DNA of 64,000 nucleotides from an uncultured delta proteobacterium (GTDB lineage: Bacteria > Myxococcota_A > Polyangia > Polyangiales > Polyangiaceae): positions 4,320,001-4,384,000 of the forward strand of contig CAWAIF010000003.1 in assembly GCA_963782055.1 (NCBI GenBank). The letters run 5' to 3'. The position numbers and the translations under genes are program-made. This document shows positions 27,478-38,500 of this stretch, one piece after another (positions within the stretch are counted from its first letter, which is position 1; each line of letters begins with the position of its first letter). The notes beneath the pieces are model-generated. The model searched no databases and was not told where the DNA came from. It saw nothing but the letters and a program-made list of their open reading frames with translations.

Positions 27478-28890
27478 TCACAGCACGCGGGGATGCTCGC
27501 GCGCCGCGTCGCTCCGGCCGTCGCGCCCGGCGAGGATGGCGTGGCTGGCGCGCATCCGCGAGCTGACGATCGGCCGCGGGAGCAGGCCCCCCACGACGAG
27601 CAGCGCCGTGACCGCGCCGAAGGCGACGACCTCTCGCCGGAGGAGCGTCTGGCGCAGCGAGGTGGAGCGCGCGCCGCAGAAGAGGGAGAAGTACATGCGC
27701 AGCACCGCGAGGCCGGTGAGCGCCGCGGCCACGACGACGAAGAAGCCGAGGGCGGGGAACTCCTGCACCGCGCCCTCGATGAGCATCTCCTGGCCGATGA
27801 AGCCGAGGGTGCCGGGGAAGCCGGTGCACGCGAGGCCGAGGATCAAGAAGCTCACGGCGAGCTGCGGCATCTGCTCGTAGCCGCCGTGGAAGCGGGTCAG
27901 GTCCAGGCGACCTCGCCGCACCTCCAGCGCGAGCACCGTGCGCGTCAGGCCGGTGAAGGCGAGCGCCGAGGAGAGCCACAGCACGAGCGACCCCGCGAGG
28001 GCCTGCGGCGAGGTGCTGTCGAGCCCCGCGAGCACCAGCGCCGACTGGCTGATGAAGAGGTAGCCGCACGCGCGGCGCGCGTCGCGCTGCACGAGGGCGA
28101 GGGCCGCGCCGTAGACGGCGGTGAGCAGCGAGAGGACGGCGAGGGTGTGCAGCATCGCGGGGCTCGCCCGCGGCACCACGAGCACCAGGGCGACGTACGA
28201 GCCGAGCTGCGGCGCGCTGAAGCGAACGATCGGGCCGATGCGCCCGGTGTCGAACACCTCCGGCAGCCACGCGTGGAAAGGCAGGATGCCCTTGCGCACG
28301 AGCACCGCCGCGACGACGAGCCACAGCCCGAGGTCCCCGGCGAGCGTGCCCGGCCACAGGGCGGCGAGGGTCGCGCCCGCGAACAGCAGCGCCGCGCTCG
28401 CCCACAGGTACGCCCCGGCGACGCGGCGCGCGCCGGCGTGCTCCTGGCCGGAGAGCGCCTTCAGGAAGAGCAGGTTGGAGGCCATCCAGAAGATGACGAG
28501 CAACGCCGGGCTCTCGGTGAAGAAGGCGAGCGTGGCCGTGAGCGTCGCGAGCGCGGTGCGCGTGAGGCCGGCGCCGTCGAGGCGGCTGCGCGGGGTGACG
28601 GCCACCGAGACGAGCCAGAGCGTCGACGGGAGCGGCAAGAGCGGCGCGGTGAGCTCCGAGACGCGGAAGAGCGAGGGGCCGAGCAGCCGGTGAGCGGCGA
28701 CGGGCCACGCGACGCGCAGCGCGCCGAGGCCGGGGACGACGAACACCGCCGCGCAGGCGAGCATGCAGGCCGCGGCGCACGCCGCGGCGACGGCGCGCAG
28801 GCGCTCGAGCGGCATGCGCGTGCGCGAGAGCCCCGCGAAGACGAGCGGCGGCGCGGCGATCGTCGCCAGCCAGAGCAGACCCGGGCTCAC
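27478..28890 (-). CDS. NuoM/MrpD-like proton-translocating membrane subunit
   Basis: RKGILPFHAWLPE, GFPGTLGFIGQE; multiple TM helices. Confidence 0.85.
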   Translation of the reverse strand: MSPGLLWLATIAAPPLVFAGLSRTRMPLERLRAVAAACAAACMLACAAVFVVPGLGALRVAWPVAAHRLLGPSLFRVSELTAPLLPLPSTLWLVSVAVTPRSRLDGAGLTRTALATLTATLAFFTESPALLVIFWMASNLLFLKALSGQEHAGARRVAGAYLWASAALLFAGATLAALWPGTLAGDLGLWLVVAAVLVRKGILPFHAWLPEVFDTGRIGPIVRFSAPQLGSYVALVLVVPRASPAMLHTLAVLSLLTAVYGAALALVQRDARRACGYLFISQSALVLAGLDSTSPQALAGSLVLWLSSALAFTGLTRTVLALEVRRGRLDLTRFHGGYEQMPQLAVSFLILGLACTGFPGTLGFIGQEMLIEGAVQEFPALGFFVVVAAALTGLAVLRMYFSLFCGARSTSLRQTLLRREVVAFGAVTALLVVGGLLPRPIVSSRMRASHAILAGRDGRSDAAREHPRVL

Positions 28891-30194
28891 CGGCGGCCCC
28901 CGCGCGAGGCGCCGGCGAGGACCCGGTCCAGCCTGTCGAACCAGCCGGTGACGATCTGGAAGGGCCGGACGACGAGGCGGTCGAGCAGCGCGTCTACGAA
29001 GCCGCGCTCCAGCGCGAAGAGGTAGAGCGCCGGCGCCGGACCCTGGGCGCGCCCGCCGCCCCCGAAGTGGCCGCCCACGCGGTCCTCCAGCTCGTGGACG
29101 TCGTGCAGGATGTTCGGCGCGCTCAGGAACTGGAGCAGGCGCAGCGACGCGTGGCCGACGATGTGCACGAAGGCGAGCGTCGTCCACCCGAGGGAGATCT
29201 CCACGACGATGAGGCCGACCTGCGTGAGCGCGGCGTACGAGAGGCTGGACTTCACGTCGGTCTGGGCGCGCGCGACGATGGTCGCGTAGACCGCCGTCGT
29301 CGCCCCCGCGAGCGCCGCGAGCGCCCGCGCGACCCAGAAGCCGGCCAGCAGCGGCTCGGCGCGCAGCAGGAGGAAGCACCCTGCGTGGATGGAGAGCGCC
29401 CCGTAGTAGACCGCGCTGGAGGGCGTGGGGCCCTCCATCGCCCGCGGCAGCCAGCCGGAGAACGGCAGGAGCGCGCTCTTGCCGGCGACGGCGACGAGCA
29501 GCAGCAGCACGATCGCGAGCGAACGGTCCGGGCCGAGGCCGGGCACCTTCGCGCCGGAGAAGACGAGCTGGAGGCTCCCGCTCCCCGCCCAGTGGTGCAG
29601 CAGCACCGCGGCGCTGAGCATCGCCGCGTCGCTCGCGCGGTAGACGGTGAGCACGCGCATCGCGCTCACCACCGGCGCGCGGCGCTCGTGGAAGAAGGCG
29701 ACGAGCAGCACCGAGCTCAGGCCGAGCAGCTCCCAGCCGGCGAAGAGCACCTCCACGCTGCCGGCGAGCGCGATGAGGGTGATCCCCAGGGCGAACATCG
29801 CGAACTGCACGAAGTAGCGGTGGAAGCCGGGCTCGCGGTGCAGGTAGCGAAGCGAGAAGACCGCGGTCACCCCGCAGATGCCGACAGAGAGCATCGCGAA
29901 GCCGAGCGACATCCCGTCGGCGACGAAGTCGAGGGCGAAGGCGTTCTCGCCGGAGGAGAACCACGAGCCGAAGGAGAGGAGCGTGGGCGCCGAGGGGTGC
30001 GCGACGCGATCGCCCAGGGCCACCGCCGCCGCCACGAGCGCGACGAGGAGCGCGAGACGCGTCAGCACCGCGACCGCGGCTTCGTTCAGACGGCGGCCGA
30101 CGAGCGACGAGACCGCCAGCGCCCCCATGAGCAGGAGCGGGGCGAGGCACATCACCAGCACCGAGAGCCGGAGCGTCGCGGTCGGGCCGATCAT
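28887..30194 (-). CDS. dabB: DabB / NuoL-like membrane subunit
   Basis: GWELLGLSS, GKSALLPFSGWLPRAMEGPTPSSA, TDVKSSLSY. Confidence 0.88.
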   Translation of the reverse strand: MIGPTATLRLSVLVMCLAPLLLMGALAVSSLVGRRLNEAAVAVLTRLALLVALVAAAVALGDRVAHPSAPTLLSFGSWFSSGENAFALDFVADGMSLGFAMLSVGICGVTAVFSLRYLHREPGFHRYFVQFAMFALGITLIALAGSVEVLFAGWELLGLSSVLLVAFFHERRAPVVSAMRVLTVYRASDAAMLSAAVLLHHWAGSGSLQLVFSGAKVPGLGPDRSLAIVLLLLVAVAGKSALLPFSGWLPRAMEGPTPSSAVYYGALSIHAGCFLLLRAEPLLAGFWVARALAALAGATTAVYATIVARAQTDVKSSLSYAALTQVGLIVVEISLGWTTLAFVHIVGHASLRLLQFLSAPNILHDVHELEDRVGGHFGGGGRAQGPAPALYLFALERGFVDALLDRLVVRPFQIVTGWFDRLDRVLAGASRGGRR

Positions 30195-33034
30195 GCGCCC
30201 TCCGCCGCGCGCGCGTCGATGCACGCGAACGGGAGGTGACCGCCGCGCCCGGCGTAGTGCGCGCGGGACGAGACGCGCACGACGGGCGCCTGCTCGGGGG
30301 CGTAAGGGCGCGGACCCGACACGTCGATCTCGAACAGGCGACCATCTTCCGGGTGGAGCGCCGCCAGGAAGAGCCAGCGCTTCGCGACGAGGCGCGCGAG
30401 GCCCGGGTCGCGCTCCAGCAGCCGCATCACCACCTCCGGCGTCGCCTCCACCGCGACGGTGAGGCGCACCGGCTCGTGGATCTCCAGCATCTGCCACGGC
30501 AGGCCGGTGCGAAGGTCGCTCTGCGCGCCGTCCATCACGCCCAGCATGCCGGTGACGTTGTGCGGGAGCTTGGTCCCGCAGCCGTAGCCGACGGGGTCGA
30601 TGTACCCGAAGAAGTACTCGAGGTTGATCCCCGCGACGACCGGGACGACCGCGGCGAGGAGGCCACCGAGGTCGGTGCCCTCCGGATCACGCGCCGGGTC
30701 GTACGAGACGAGGAAGGCGCGCCGGTCGAGGAAGAGCCCGCGGGTGCGCGCGCGCCGGCCGACGACGCACACCGCGTTCGACGCGTGGCCGTACTCCGGG
30801 CGCGGCTGCGCCATGTCGGCCGCGCGCGTCTGCACGTGGAGCAGCGCCGCGGCGTCCGGGAGCCACGGGGGCGGGGCGGCCTCGAAGCGCCGGCAGCGCT
30901 CGTGCGCCTCGCGGCGGCGCGCGGTCTCCAGCACGGCGCGCGCGAGGGCGAAGTCGTCGCGCCGCTCCTCCGGCACGCGGTCCACGTCGTAGAGCTCCAC
31001 GTCGTTGCTGGCGGTGTTGCGCTGCCCGCCCACGAACCACGTACCCTCGGGGACGGACACACCCAGCTCGGCCACGCGGGCGCGGACGCGGGGGTCGTTC
31101 GCCATCTGCGCGAAGGCGCGGGCGTTGGGACCCCCGCGCCCGCCGCCGCACGCGCCGCAGTCGTGCGCCGACTCCTGCGGGTTGTTGAGGCTCGTCGAGC
31201 CGTGGCCGAGCACGAGGACGAGCGGCGCGAAGCGGCCGTCGATGCCCAGCGGCGCGAGCTGGCCGCGCACGATCTCCGCCATCTCGTCGAGGGTGAAGCC
31301 GACGTGCTCGCCGAGCGGGGGCGTCCCCTCGACGCGCTCGAGCGTCATGGGCGCGTCGCCTCGCTCCGCGAACGCGGTGCGCAGCCGCGACATGCCGCGC
31401 CGCGACCAGGGGAGGACCACGCGCAGCACGAGCGGCACGACCCAGAGCGCGCCGAGCAGCGCGGTGATGACCGCGCCGCGCCCGAAGGTCCGGCTCCCGA
31501 CGTGGATGTTGCGGTCCACCGTCGCGGCGACCCGGCGGCGGACGGCCTGGAGCGTCGACGGCTGCTCGTCCACCTCGCCGACGAAGTGCGACGGCTTGAT
31601 CGAGACCGGGCAGAGCGGGCGCGCGTGCGCGGCGTGCGCGCCCCGGTGATACATCGCGACGCCGAAGAAGCCCGCGGTGCCGAAGGTCTCGACGCGCGGC
31701 TCCACCTCCTCCATGTGCCGGCGGAAGGACTCCTCCCGATCGTCGATGCAGAAGATCGCCTGGAAGGCCGGCAGCGCGGGCGCCGGCGCCACTTCCGGGG
31801 GGTGCTGCGCGAGCGCGTCGTAGAAGCGGTGCCGCAGGCGACGCTCGTAGGCGAGGTGCAGCAGGCGCCGGCGCGTGACGCCATCGAGCGCCGCCAGCTC
31901 CGTCTCCAGCGCGGCGACGTCGGCCGGCGCGAGCGCGTCGACCCGGGACGCGTCCGTCTCCAGCAGGCGCGCGAGCTGAAAGAGCGCCCACACGCGCTCG
32001 TCGACGCCGGGCGCCTCCGGCGCGGGGGCCACGAGCTCCGCGCGGAGCCGGCGCAGCGGCAGGTCCAGCCGCGCGCGCCGGACGGCGTGGCGCAGCGCCG
32101 CCCGCGACAGCAGGAGCTGCACCGCCAGGTAGTCGGCGAGGCGCGCGGGCGGAGCGTGCACCGGCACGCGGTCGGGGCGCGTCTCCATCTGGCGTACCAT
32201 GCCCGCCCAGCCGCGGAGCCAGAGCGCCTCGGCGCGCAGGAAGGGCTCCCGCTCCGCCGGCGCGACGCCGAGATCGGCGAGGGAGGCCTCGAGCGAGGCG
32301 AGGGCGTCCCGATCGCGGGCGAGGTCCTCGGCCACGAGGGCGACGAGGTCGGCGGCCCACGGACCGATCGCGCGCGCGCCGCCGCCCCCGTACAGCTGCA
32401 AGAAGCAGCCGTGGAGGCCGCGCTCGCGCCCGGGCATCGGCCAGTGCGCGAAGCTCTGATCGAGGTACGCACCGACGAAGCGGATGAGCACCGGCCGGAC
32501 CCACTCGTCCGGGTCGACGTTGCACGCGTCGACGAGCACGTCGCGATGGCGCGGCGACGGGCACGCGGGGGCGCGCGGGGCGAAGGCGGAGCGCGGGACG
32601 GCCCGGACGCAGGCGCGGTGCAGCGCCTCGTGGCCCGCGAGCGCCGGCGTCTCGCCGACGAGCCAGGCGAGGGGCGCGCCGCGAGCCTCGCGGATCCCGT
32701 GGACGAGCACGCGGCGCCAGAGATCCGCGCGGGGGACGACGCTGGCGACGACCTGCGCGCCCCGCGCCCCGAGCTCCGCCTCGAGCACCGCGTCGACGTC
32801 GCGCTGGGCGATGCGGCCGCGCGCGAGGTCCGCGCGGTACGCGTCCTCCGCCAGAAACGGCTCGCAGCCGAGGCCCCGCGCGGCGTGCACGACGGCCTCC
32901 TCGAAGGGCTCGTCCTCGAAGGCGTGGAGCGTGTTGTGGTGGACGAACACGCCGATCGGCCCCTGGGCGGGCAGGTAGTGCGCGACGCGCTCGACGGCGT
33001 CGGCGAGGTCCGCGTGAGACGGTCCAGGTGGCAT
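30191..33034 (-). CDS. dabA: DabA (DUF2309) inorganic carbon transporter subunit, beta-carbonic-anhydrase-like
   Basis: FVHHNTLHAFE, FCIDDREES, GHGS, DCGACGG, RPEYGH, NLEYFF, DLRTGLPWQ, HEPVRL. Confidence 0.95.
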   Translation of the reverse strand: MPPGPSHADLADAVERVAHYLPAQGPIGVFVHHNTLHAFEDEPFEEAVVHAARGLGCEPFLAEDAYRADLARGRIAQRDVDAVLEAELGARGAQVVASVVPRADLWRRVLVHGIREARGAPLAWLVGETPALAGHEALHRACVRAVPRSAFAPRAPACPSPRHRDVLVDACNVDPDEWVRPVLIRFVGAYLDQSFAHWPMPGRERGLHGCFLQLYGGGGARAIGPWAADLVALVAEDLARDRDALASLEASLADLGVAPAEREPFLRAEALWLRGWAGMVRQMETRPDRVPVHAPPARLADYLAVQLLLSRAALRHAVRRARLDLPLRRLRAELVAPAPEAPGVDERVWALFQLARLLETDASRVDALAPADVAALETELAALDGVTRRRLLHLAYERRLRHRFYDALAQHPPEVAPAPALPAFQAIFCIDDREESFRRHMEEVEPRVETFGTAGFFGVAMYHRGAHAAHARPLCPVSIKPSHFVGEVDEQPSTLQAVRRRVAATVDRNIHVGSRTFGRGAVITALLGALWVVPLVLRVVLPWSRRGMSRLRTAFAERGDAPMTLERVEGTPPLGEHVGFTLDEMAEIVRGQLAPLGIDGRFAPLVLVLGHGSTSLNNPQESAHDCGACGGGRGGPNARAFAQMANDPRVRARVAELGVSVPEGTWFVGGQRNTASNDVELYDVDRVPEERRDDFALARAVLETARRREAHERCRRFEAAPPPWLPDAAALLHVQTRAADMAQPRPEYGHASNAVCVVGRRARTRGLFLDRRAFLVSYDPARDPEGTDLGGLLAAVVPVVAGINLEYFFGYIDPVGYGCGTKLPHNVTGMLGVMDGAQSDLRTGLPWQMLEIHEPVRLTVAVEATPEVVMRLLERDPGLARLVAKRWLFLAALHPEDGRLFEIDVSGPRPYAPEQAPVVRVSSRAHYAGRGGHLPFACIDARAAEGA

Positions 33035-33136
33035 CGGGTGTGGCCGGGCGGGTTACTACACGATGTCGCCCCACCGCGCACGCTCCGATGCTCGCCGGAG
33101 CGCCGTGGCGCCGACGCCTTCGGCCGATTTCGCTTC

Positions 33137-34021
33137 TCAGCGGGGGTAGCAAGCCGGGTCGAGCAGCTCCGGGCGGTACTCGAAGTGCATGGTGTCGAAG
33201 TGGTACCAGCGGCCGCCCCAGATGAAGCCCTCCGCCTCGAAGGCGTCGACGATCGCCTGCGGGTAGCGGTTCTTCCATACCAGCGGCGCATCGTCGCGCG
33301 TCGTCTGGTTGCGCCAGTAGTCGGCCCGCCTGGTGTCCAGATCGATGGCGATGCCCCAGGCGTGCATGCTCAGCGTGTCGGTGCCGGCGATCTTGCGCCA
33401 GTTGAAGGTCCCGCCGGGCGACTGGAAGAAGCGGGCGAGGGAGGGATCGCGCTTCATCGCCGCCGCGACGCGCGCGGCCACGCGGCGCAGCGGCGCGGCG
33501 ACCTTGCGGTGAACGCGGAAGACCCTGCCGCCCACGCGGACCGACACCAGGGAGGCGGCCACCTCCTTCGCGCTCTTGCCGTACGTCGCGGACATGAGCG
33601 GGTCGATGCGGACGCGGCCGGGATCGAAGTCCACCTGCGTGATGGGGCGGATGGGGCCGTGCGGGTAGCGGAGCTCGTAGACGTCCTTCACGTCGGGCGA
33701 GACGAAGCGCTGGTAGGCGTCCTTCGCTTGCCCGTCGTCGTAGGGGATGGCAGGCCCGTCGGGCAGCACCAGCGACCAGCCGCCCGCGTCGTGGCGGGCG
33801 GTCGCGTCGTAGTAGCGGGTGAGGCACGCGAGGGGCGCGGGCACCGCCGGTGGCGTCGTCGCGATGACCGGCGGCGACGTGGGAACGACGGCCGGCGCGG
33901 GCGCCGCGGTCACGGCGGCGACGGCCACGGGGACGCGCGCCGGCCGGGGCGGCTGCGCGGGCTGCGTCGTGCAGGCGGCGAGGCTCAGCGCCGCCGCGAG
34001 GGGACGAGCTCGCCGGACCAT
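33137..34021 (-). CDS. M15-family peptidoglycan peptidase, lipoprotein
   Basis: Lipobox LAAC; SMHAWGIAIDL; WGGRWYHFDTMHFEYRPEL. Confidence 0.92.
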   Translation of the reverse strand: MVRRARPLAAALSLAACTTQPAQPPRPARVPVAVAAVTAAPAPAVVPTSPPVIATTPPAVPAPLACLTRYYDATARHDAGGWSLVLPDGPAIPYDDGQAKDAYQRFVSPDVKDVYELRYPHGPIRPITQVDFDPGRVRIDPLMSATYGKSAKEVAASLVSVRVGGRVFRVHRKVAAPLRRVAARVAAAMKRDPSLARFFQSPGGTFNWRKIAGTDTLSMHAWGIAIDLDTRRADYWRNQTTRDDAPLVWKNRYPQAIVDAFEAEGFIWGGRWYHFDTMHFEYRPELLDPACYPR

Positions 34022-34056
34022 ACCCGAGCTTACGCCCCGCGGGCCCCGAGTGCCCC

Positions 34057-34506
34057 TCAGCGGAAGCTCAGAAAGCGCCCCAGATCCTCGTTCAGCCCTT
34101 GCATGAACTCGGTGCCGTCGAAGCCGACCTTCATCTGACCCTTCGCCAGCAGGCCGAAGGCGAACTGGCCGAACGAGGTGGCCCCCAGGCCGAACTGCGC
34201 GACCACCGCGATGAGGCCGATGGAGAACTGCCCCACGGACACCAGGCCCACCGTGAGCTGGCCGCTCGCGAAGAAGAGACCGCCGCCGTATATCCCGAAC
34301 TCCACGATGCCGAAGCCGGCGCCCAGCGCCAGAACCCCGATGCCACCGAAGGCGAGCCACGACGGGTCCGGGGGCTTCTCGAAGCCGGAGCTCACCGCCC
34401 GCATCCCGAGCACGCGGACGTCCCCGGCGCCCATGCCCCACACCTCGAGTCCGAGGAGGATGGACACCGCGAGCATGATTCCGCATACGATCCCGAGCTG
34501 CTTCAT
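34057..34506 (-). CDS. Gly-rich membrane protein
   Basis: Hydrophobic GQ(L/F)xxG repeats. Confidence 0.65.
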   Translation of the reverse strand: MKQLGIVCGIMLAVSILLGLEVWGMGAGDVRVLGMRAVSSGFEKPPDPSWLAFGGIGVLALGAGFGIVEFGIYGGGLFFASGQLTVGLVSVGQFSIGLIAVVAQFGLGATSFGQFAFGLLAKGQMKVGFDGTEFMQGLNEDLGRFLSFR

Positions 34507-34511
34507 CCGCC

Positions 34512-35441
34512 GTGAGAGTACCGATGGATCCCGGCCCGCACCACAAAGTCTTCCTGCTGCAGGCGGAGCTGCGCGGCAGCCGCGCCGTCGCCATGGAGCG
34601 CGTCGTGGCGCGCGCGCCAGGCGTGGGTACGTCGCTCGCGTGCGTCGCGCCGGGAGCGCGCGCGGTGGCGGTGCTCGGCGCGGCCCAGCGCTTCAAGGAG
34701 GGGCTGGGCAGGTTGCTCAAGCAGGCGGCGCGGCTGCTCTACGTCTCCCCTGCCCTGTTGATCCTCGCGCCCATCTCCAGGAGCGTCCACCCGTCCGCGC
34801 CGGCGTATCTGCTGGCCGCCTTCGTCATCGCGGTGGTGATCTTCTTCGCGCTCTTCGACCTGTTCCTGGTGGCGGCGATGATCGCGTGGGCGCGGCGCAA
34901 CCGCGGCACGCACGTCTCCATCAAGCGCCCGCAGCTCAGCGACTCCGCGGGGACGCCCACGACCGTGGCGCCCGGCATGATGCACCGGCTGGTCCGGTGC
35001 GTGGGGCGCGCCACGCTGCTCTCCACCGGGTCGGGGCCGATCCTGCGCGCCGCGGCGTGGAGCTCCGGGCCGCCCATGGAGCTCGTCGAGTGCTCCACCT
35101 TCGCCGTCGTTCTGGATGAGGGCACGCCGGTGGTGGTGCAGCACCTCCACACGCCAGAGGTGATCTTCCCGCCCGACCCGGCGGCGGCGCCGGAGCCGTC
35201 CAGCCTCGCGCTGGCCGGGCGCGACGACGTGCCGGAGGCCTCCGTGGTGATCCGCGAGGGGGACCGCGTCGAAGTGCAGGGCGTGGTGGGCGCGTTTTTG
35301 GAGAACACCGCGCACTTCGACGTCGACGGCGTCACCTCCGGCGTCCCGCGGCCGGGCGGCGACGACGACGACCCTTACCGCGGCGGGCCGGGCGTGCCGG
35401 GGCTGCTGCTGACCGACGCCGTGGTGATCCGCAAGGTGTGA
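34512..35441 (+). CDS. Hypothetical membrane protein
   Basis: Two TM helices; C-terminal IREGDRVEVQG and DPYRG; start uncertain. Confidence 0.65.
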   Translation: MRVPMDPGPHHKVFLLQAELRGSRAVAMERVVARAPGVGTSLACVAPGARAVAVLGAAQRFKEGLGRLLKQAARLLYVSPALLILAPISRSVHPSAPAYLLAAFVIAVVIFFALFDLFLVAAMIAWARRNRGTHVSIKRPQLSDSAGTPTTVAPGMMHRLVRCVGRATLLSTGSGPILRAAAWSSGPPMELVECSTFAVVLDEGTPVVVQHLHTPEVIFPPDPAAAPEPSSLALAGRDDVPEASVVIREGDRVEVQGVVGAFLENTAHFDVDGVTSGVPRPGGDDDDPYRGGPGVPGLLLTDAVVIRKV

Positions 35442-35538
35442 CGCCACGGCGCCCGTCGCCCCACGAGGAGGTTACACTCGGATACCAGCCTCGTGGCCGT
35501 CCTCGGCTCGCGCGCTGGACACTGGCAGAGGCCCGCTC

Positions 35539-38500
35539 TTGAACACGCATCCTCTCTCCGATCGATTCCAGGTGGAGGCCCCTGCCGGGAGCGGGGGCAT
35601 GGGGAGCATCTACCGCGCGCGCGACGCGCAGACGGGCGAGCTCGTCGCGCTCAAGGTGCTGCACGAGCAGATGGCGATCCACGCCGAGCGCTTCGAGCGA
35701 GAGGCGCTCGCCCTGCGCTCGCTCGACCACCCGGGCATCGTCCGGTACGTCACGCACGGCGCGCTGCCCAGCGGCGCCACGTACGTGGCGATGGAGTGGG
35801 TGGAGGGCGAGACACTCTCGGCGCGGCTGCGGCGCGGCCCGCTCGCCGTCGCCGAGGTCGTGCGCCTGGGGCAACGGCTGGCCGACGCGCTGGGCCACGC
35901 GCACGCGCGCGGCATCGTGCACCGCGACGTGAAGCCCTCCAACGTGCTGCTGGAGGATGGCGACGTCGACCGCCCGCGCCTGGTCGACTTCGGCGTGGCG
36001 TGGGCTCCGTCGTGGCAGACGCTCACGCGCGCCGGCTTCCTGATCGGCACGCCCGGTTACCTCGCCCCGGAGCAGGCGCGCACCGGCGATCCCATCGACG
36101 GTCGCACCGACCTGTTCGCGCTGGGGTGCGTGCTCTACCACGCGCTGGTGCGCCGCCCCGCGTTCCGTGGCGAGAACCTCGCCGCGGTGCTGGCCAAGAC
36201 GCTCTTCGAGGAGCCACCGCCCCCCGCCGAGCTGGTGGCGGAGCTGCCGCGTGCCCTGGACGCGCTCGTCATGAGGCTTCTGGCGAAGGACCGCGACGCG
36301 AGGCCCGCCGACGCGGCGGAGGTCGCCGCGGAGCTGCGCCGCATCGAGGGCCGCCTCGACGCCAGACCCTCCAACATCCCGGCGCCGCCCTCGCTGACTC
36401 GTCGCGAGCGGCGCATCGCCAGCGTCATCGTCGTCGGCGCGCCGGCCGACGACTCACGCACGCTCACGCTCGACACCATCCCCGGGCAGACGCCGCTGCC
36501 CACGCTGGAGCCCATCCGGGCGGCCGCCGCGCCGTTCGGTGGACGCGTGGAGCGCCTCGCCGACGGGACGCTTGCGGTCACGCTGGAGGGGCGGATGGCG
36601 ACCGATCAGGCGGCGCAGGCGGCGCGCTGCGCGCTCGCGCTGCGGAGCGTGCTGCCCGAAGCGCCCATCGCGCTGGCGACCGGACACGCCCTCGCCGGCG
36701 CCCGGGCCCCGGTCGGCGAGGCGATCGACAGGGCGGTGCTCGCGCTCGGCGGCGCCCCCCACGTCATGCCGGCCGTCGCCGTGGACGACGTGACCGCCGG
36801 GTTGCTCGACGCGCGCTTCCAGGTCGAAGCGAGCGCCGGACCCATGGCCCTCCGCGCGGAGCGCGGCACCGACGGCGCGCGCCGGCTGCTCGGCCGCCCC
36901 AGCCCCTTCGTCGGGCGCGAGCGCGAGGTCGGCACGCTGCTCGGCCTCTGGGACGAGTGCGCGTCCGAGCCCGCCGCGCGCGTCGCCCTGGTCACGGGCT
37001 TGCCCGGGATGGGCAAGTCGCGCCTGCGCCACGAGCTGGTGGGCGCGATCCGCAGCCGCGACGCGGCCGCCCGCGTGTGGATGGCGCGCGGCGACCCGAT
37101 GACGCAGGGCTCGCCGCACGGTCTGGTGGCGCAGCTGGTCCGTGCCGAGGCCGGCGTCGCGGAGGGTGAGGGGCTGGAGGCCGCGCGGCGGAAGCTGCGC
37201 GCGCGCGTGCGGCGACACGTGGCGGACGCCGACGCCCCGCGCATCACCGAGTTTCTGGGAGAGCTCGCCGGCGTGCCCTTCCCCGACGAGGAGAGCGTGC
37301 GGCTGCGCGCCGCCCGCCGCGACAAGCAGCTCGTCGCCGACCAGGTGGGCCGCGCCTTCGAGGACCTCCTGCTCGCGGAGGCGGACGCCGGCCCGGTCGT
37401 GATCGTGCTGGAGGATCTGCACTGGGGAGACGCGCCCTCCATCCGGCTCGTCACCAGCGCGCTGCGCGAGTGCCGCGACAAGCCGCTATTCGTGCTGGCG
37501 CTCGCCCGGCCGGAGGTACAGCAGACCTTCCCTTCCCTCTTCGCCAGCCGCCCGCTCACCACCCTCGCCCTCGCCGAGCTGGGCCGCCGCGCCTCCGAGC
37601 GGCTGGTGCGCGCCTCGCTCGGCGCCAACACCAGCGAGACGCTCGTCTCCCGCCTCGTGGCGCAGGCCGACGGCAACGCCTTCTACCTGGAGGAGCTGAT
37701 CCGCGCCGCGGCCGACGGCAAGGGGGACGCCCCGCCCACCGTGCTGGCGATGGTGCAGGCGCGCCTGGAGCGGCTGGACGACGACGCGCGTGCGGCGCTG
37801 CGCGCGGCGAGCGTGTTCGGGGAGTCCTTCTGGCGTGGCGGGGTGGCGGCGCTGATCGGCCTGGGCGCGGAGGCGACGGACCACGCGCTGCGCGTGCTCG
37901 AGCAGGAGGAGCTGGTGGTGGGCCGCGCGCAGTCGCGCGTCGCCGGCGACACCGAGCTCGCCTTTCGCCACGCCTTCGTCCGCGACGCCGCCTACTCGAT
38001 GCTCACACCCGACGATCGAGAGCTCGGCCACCGGCTGGCCGCCGGGTGGCTCGAGGGCGTGGGCGAGCGCGACGCGCGCGTCCTCGCCGACCACTTCGAG
38101 CGAGGCGGCAACCGCGGCCGCGCCGCCGCGCTCTTCGCCGCGGCAGCCGAACGCTCGCTCGCCGCACACGATCACACCGGCGCCCTCGACTGCGCGGAGC
38201 GCGGCCTCTCGTGCGGCGCCGCGGGCGAGGCGCGCGGCGTGCTGCTGGCGAGCGCCGCGGAGGCCCACAACTGGCGGGGGGAGTACGCCCTCGGCATCGC
38301 CCGGGCGCGCGAGGCGATCTCCCTGCTGCCGGAGGCGAGCACCCGCTGGTACCGCGGCATGGCCGAGCTCGGCGTGAGCCTCAGCAGGTCCGGCGAGCGC
38401 GACGCGATCGCCGAGCTGTGCGACGAGCTGATGCGCCCGCCACCCGGCGCCGAGGTGGTCCTGGACGCCATCACGGCGGTCGCGCGCATCGCGCCCAACG

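Noticed and set aside
27478..30194. nuoL/nuoM of respiratory complex I
   Set aside because: No other nuo genes, and coupling to DUF2309 indicates a DAB-type transporter
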